From Octopus vulgaris (lineage: Eukaryota), in NCBI GenBank assembly GCA_951406725.2, contig OX597818.1, positions 9,176,001-9,240,000 on the forward strand: a DNA stretch of 64,000 nt, in the 5' to 3' direction. Under the pieces are notes generated by a model. That model ran no database searches. It was not told the origin of the DNA and saw nothing but the letters and a program-made list of their open reading frames with translations. Of the stretch, positions 57,579-64,000 are shown one piece after another. Each line of letters begins with the position of its first letter. Position 1 is the stretch's first letter. Made by a program: the position numbers and the translations under genes.

Positions 57579-59560
57579 AAGAAGATATCATGTAGCTGTA
57601 TTGAATCCGGAACAGCATGAATATGAACAGAATTTCTTAACACTTAAGCTATGCCTGTAACCTAATAACAGTAGACAGCAATGGACTGGAAGATTGAAAA
57701 ACTTCAACGAAGCAGTATAGATACCGATGACTACAGTTCTCATCAGGGTTTATACTACTCACAGTACACCAGATTATCCTGCTCTATATAGTCTATTCGG
57801 CATCTTCGTATTATAAATTATCATACTTTTATTATATTCATTATCAGCGATTCCAATTACAGTCAATGGGATTCGCAGTTAATTTACTTTCTGAAAAGTT
57901 GCAATCAATTCTCTTTCAAATCACACATGTCTAAAGCAATTAAGGATGGACTAAAACTATAGGTTGCAGGTATTTTGTCCTTGAACATATAACTAATCGA
58001 TCAAGAGTACATGTTGCTTGAAGAACAATAAGATCACCATCAATAAAGAAAATTATTATATTCTTTCTGTTTCTTTTGATGGTCTTCCATCACATGAAGG
58101 AAGATCAGCTAACGTTCGAATCAAGTATGTTATCGCTTACCCACTGTAGCGTTAATTCTGACAAGACTCGGTACAGTTATACAGCCATTTATTGCAACGA
58201 TTGTGCAAAGCTTCATGAAAAACACACATCGTCAACTTATAAGAACATAGGATTTACAGGAGTTGAAAATCTCAATGATTAAACTGATTTGCACATTGCT
58301 GCAAAAATGTATACCATTCATTCAGTTATCATCTCCTAGTGTGTACATGACTGTGAACATTGCGCTGCTCTGAGGATGAAGCCATGGAAATAACTTTGAG
58401 AGCAGAATTTGTCGAGGACCGTAGCCAGGGGTATATTCATTCTCTATACCTCATTGCACCAAAAATGCTTGTTTATAACAAGGTCGCTGAAGAAATCTAG
58501 AAATTACCACGTTAAAACTGGACCCCGATTGATTGAAACTGGGGTCTGTACACATGATGCACGTGATCAAAAATAAAAATAAAGTCAACAATACATTACA
58601 GTCCAATACATTAAACGTTCTTAAATAAATATATATAGACTATGATATATCAAAAAGTTCAGATGCTTGTCAGCTATGTATTTTTGCCCTTTTTTTTACA
58701 GAGGTTTGTCTAGAGTGACATCAAAAACACAAGCTTTCCTTGAGCTAACGGAGAAGGCGTCTGCGTTATCAATCGATATGCAAGAAATATCATCAAAACA
58801 TCCTTCCGTCACAGTCTAGATTAATGTGTAAGTGATATGTATTAAAGTATAGTCGTTGATAATCAGAAATACAGGATGGAAACATGTGAAAAACAGAGCG
58901 ATTATAGCTGATTTACGAATAACAACCACACCAAAAAGAAAAATGATACTGCATTGTGTATTAAATGAAAGCAAAGCGCTATGTATAATCCGGGAAAAAA
59001 AAGGCTGCCTGGTAATTCTGTGTTAGGAGATATGTTAACTAAAAACTACAACGGGGATAGAAACTACAACAAGCCATAGTAAACTAACTCCTTCACCACT
59101 ATCACCACCATCATCATGTTGATAATTTTGTTTCTCTGATAAAAGCAAATATTTTCGATCTGTTACACTCTCAAGATATTCGCCGCCCAGCATGCCGGGA
59201 TTGATCACGAAACCATCATTTCTGCTGTTAAATCATATGCTTTGATTGTTGTTGCTGATGTTGTTATTGGTAGTTGTAGTAGTCGCCGCAGTGATATTTT
59301 ATCTTAAAGCAATAAGATATATTTATAGATTCTCGAATGCCACATTTCAAATCATTTATGTTATTATTTATTTATATATTTTACAGTCACATTTTATTAG
59401 TTTTATCTTGATTTTCTCGTTTTGATGATGATGGTGATGATGATGATGGAGAGGTGGAGGAGGAGGCGGAAGAGGAGGACCATGACGACGACAATTACGC
59501 GTAGGTGGACGAGGAGGTTAAACACATTCATAAATGCTCCTTATTCTTGTTGTTAATTAT

Positions 59561-59617
<57 letters not shown>

Positions 59618-60394
59618 GCAGCAGCAGCAGCAGTAACAGCTTGTAGTACTGGTAGCAGTAGTAGTAGTAGTACAAGTAGTAGCTTATTTCTTTTTTGCCT
59701 TCTTTTCTTTGTTTTTTTTTTTCAACCTTCACTCCACAACATCATATATTTCCATTTATCATACCGTTGTAATCCATAAACAACTATATCGACTTCATTT
59801 TTCCTATTTTTCTTTACGGCTTTCGTTTCTCTACAATTCCAGATGTATCATTACGTTGGTGGACTGTTTTATATCTATTGCGTGGTTTAGGCGCCATTCT
59901 AATCGCCATATTACTCAAAGAATTATTTCATTTCATTCACAGTATGATTTCATTTCTATTCTCCACTGATTTATGATAAATTTGGATTCGTTGCTTGTAT
60001 CTACTACATCTCTGCTCTCCACTTGCAGTCTCTCTCCATTTCTGAATCTCTCTTTCTCTCCCTCCATTCTTTATTTACTTCTTTCTTTCCTTATACTTCA
60101 TTCATTGCTTTATCCACTCTGTTTTACCTCTATTCACCCTCTTCTCTCCCAATTTCATTTTCTCTCTCAACTTTTTGTTATCTTTCGAGTGACTTTCATT
60201 TCAATGATTTAATTGTGCAGTCAACATAATTAGTATCGCCAGAACCACTGTCATTATCATCAGCATTGTTATACTACAACGTTAACATCACCATCACCAT
60301 CACCAACAACAGCTATTTTTGCAGCTGCTACTACTACTACTACAGCTGCTGCTGCTGCTGCAACAACAAGTACAACAACAACAACAATCATAAT

Positions 60395-60567
60395 CCTTTT
60401 TATTTTCGGCGCAAGTGCTGAAATACTTTGTGGAGAAAATGAAAGGCAAAAACAGGATGAAAGGCTAAGTCGAACGTGGCAGAATTTGATGACGGAACGT
60501 GAAGAAGAACGACTTGCCGCTACGCATTTTGCCTAGCGTCCTAATGATTCTGACAACTCGCTGCCTT
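60395..60567 (-). mobile_element. SINE family A (diverged)
   Basis: aggatgaaaggctaagtcga..tggcagaatttga...ctcgctgcctt. Confidence 0.65.
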
Positions 60568-60604
60568 AGTATTGATGTTAATAATAAAAAGCCAACAATG
60601 TCTT

Positions 60605-61080
60605 AAAAGGACTGGACTAAAAGCAGAAACGGAAGGACTGATTCTTGCTGCACAAAATTAAATGTTTGCCGACAAAAATCTATTAATAACAAAATAATGA
60701 AAACCGACGCTAACACCCAAATGCAGGATTTGCAACCAGAACATTGTCTCAGTTGACCACATCTCTGATAGTCCGGTCCAAGCCAAATCTGAATATACAT
60801 ACAGACATGACCGAGTAAGTAATTATATCCACAGGACAATATATGAACACTACAACATAAAATGTAACAAGAAATGGTTAAACATATGCCAAGCAAGTTA
60901 TATGACAACGACTAGACTTCACTCGTCTGGGATGTGCTTGTTCACTGCACACGTCTTAAATAAAGCACTTTGAATACAATAGAAATAACAACACCAAAAC
61001 AAACCAAAGCATATACCCAAGGCGCACAGAGCTTCACTCGTCACTGAAGTGACAGCACGTGATTAAAACAAGAGTACTGA
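60605..61080 (+). mobile_element. Decayed, internally deleted R4/Dong 3' fragment ending in TAA/TAG repeats
   Basis: GLKAETEGLILAAQ matches GLKAESEGFILAAQ; the 3' UTR resembles that at 25053-25150. Confidence 0.75.
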
Positions 61081-61111
61081 TTAATAATAACAATAATAAT
61101 AATAATAATAA

Positions 61112-61179
<68 letters not shown>

Positions 61180-61218
61180 ATAGTAGTAGTAGTAGTAGTA
61201 ATGATAATAATAATAAAC

Positions 61219-63080
<1,862 letters not shown>

Positions 63081-63409
63081 AGACAGTCAGCCAGCCAACG
63101 AGACAGACAGACACTACTGTGATGGTGATAATGATAAAAAAACAAAAATAACAATAATAAGATTCTGCTGTGACTACACATAAAACAATATCATTGATGA
63201 TGATGGTGGTGATGGTGATGGTGATGATGATAATGATGATGGTAATGGTGGTGATAATGATGATAGTGATGGTAATGGTGATGATAATAACAATAATAAG
63301 CCGACTGCGGCTGCTATAATGGTACGATTATAATTGTAACGGCAATGATGGCCGTCTCCCCACGAGCCAATCAAAGCTAAAAAAATGATAACATTATCGT
63401 AGCACCAAA

Positions 63410-64000
63410 ATGTTTTTGGAAACTAAAAGGAAAACTAAATCAGTATACCAAATCGCTTGTCCTATGGTGAATCAGGAAGCGCGTCCCCCAGGGAAGAGCC
63501 AGCCTGGGATCGAAAAGTCATCAACTGGCACAAACTCTTCTCCGAATACGGACATGGATGGTCACTTGAACGGGAAATCCCCCAACTCGAGCTCTCCAAG
63601 TTCACCACCACAACCACCACAGAAAGAAAAATGTAAGCGGAACAAATGGACCCGAGAAGAGTATAAAGAAGTAATATACGCTTATTACTATGCATTAGGT
63701 AGGCCATCTGAAGAGAGACACACCGCAAACTCTTACAGTATATGGAGAACACGGAATCAAGACAGTAGGCCCTATTTGGACGAGAACAAATTAGCAAATG
63801 TGAGGAGGGATATCTTTAGAAATAACAGACTCACAGACAGTGAAATAAGCGCGATCAAGCACGCAACGGAAAATGACATAAATATAAGACACAAAGGAAA
63901 TGAAGAATCAGATGAACAGTATAGCCCGCCACGAGGCTTAATTGAAAGACTGCCATCTGACCAAAGTACGCAAAGGCCTGAAGATACAAGAAATTCTATT
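63410..64000 (+). CDS. N-terminus of an R4/Dong-type retrotransposon ORF, open to the window end
   Basis: Manual translation (absent from the ORF track): MFLETKRK...KRNKWTREEYKEVIYAYYYA...SIWRTRN...NKLANVRRDIFRNNRLTDSEI. This resembles the Myb-like N-terminus of R4/Dong proteins; it follows a TAA/GAT tract ending ~63300. Confidence 0.75.
   Translation, partial: MFLETKRKTKSVYQIACPMVNQEARPPGKSQPGIEKSSTGTNSSPNTDMDGHLNGKSPNSSSPSSPPQPPQKEKCKRNKWTREEYKEVIYAYYYALGRPSEERHTANSYSIWRTRNQDSRPYLDENKLANVRRDIFRNNRLTDSEISAIKHATENDINIRHKGNEESDEQYSPPRGLIERLPSDQSTQRPEDTRNSI

Overview
AT-rich, microsatellite-dense animal genomic DNA. The SINE families resemble those of cephalopods (Octopus), which is an inference. 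No host protein-coding gene is confidently recognisable; most ORF-track entries are translated microsatellites. The window is a mosaic of mobile elements. It holds a near-intact R4/Dong-type non-LTR retrotransposon (RT, CCHC, RLE) ending in (TAA)n at 1-3140, the 5' end of a second such element running off the right edge, older Dong, L1/Tx1 and CR1 fragments, a decayed Penelope-like element (RT, GIY-YIG), Tc1/mariner remnants, MITEs, three tRNA-type SINE families, a ~540-bp non-autonomous element found in TAA/TTA arrays, and a ~1.6-kb pure (TTA)n. The main finding is four unrelated families of minimal type I hammerhead ribozymes, all with palindromic stem III and one extra base after A9. Three lie in non-coding tandem and/or inverted (Penelope pseudo-LTR/retrozyme-like) repeats in (TA)n; one is at the 3' end of the Penelope element. 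Together they show three Watson-Crick versions of the 3-8 core pair: C3-G8, G3-C8 and U3-A8. All folds and boundaries were read by eye; cleavage activity is untested.
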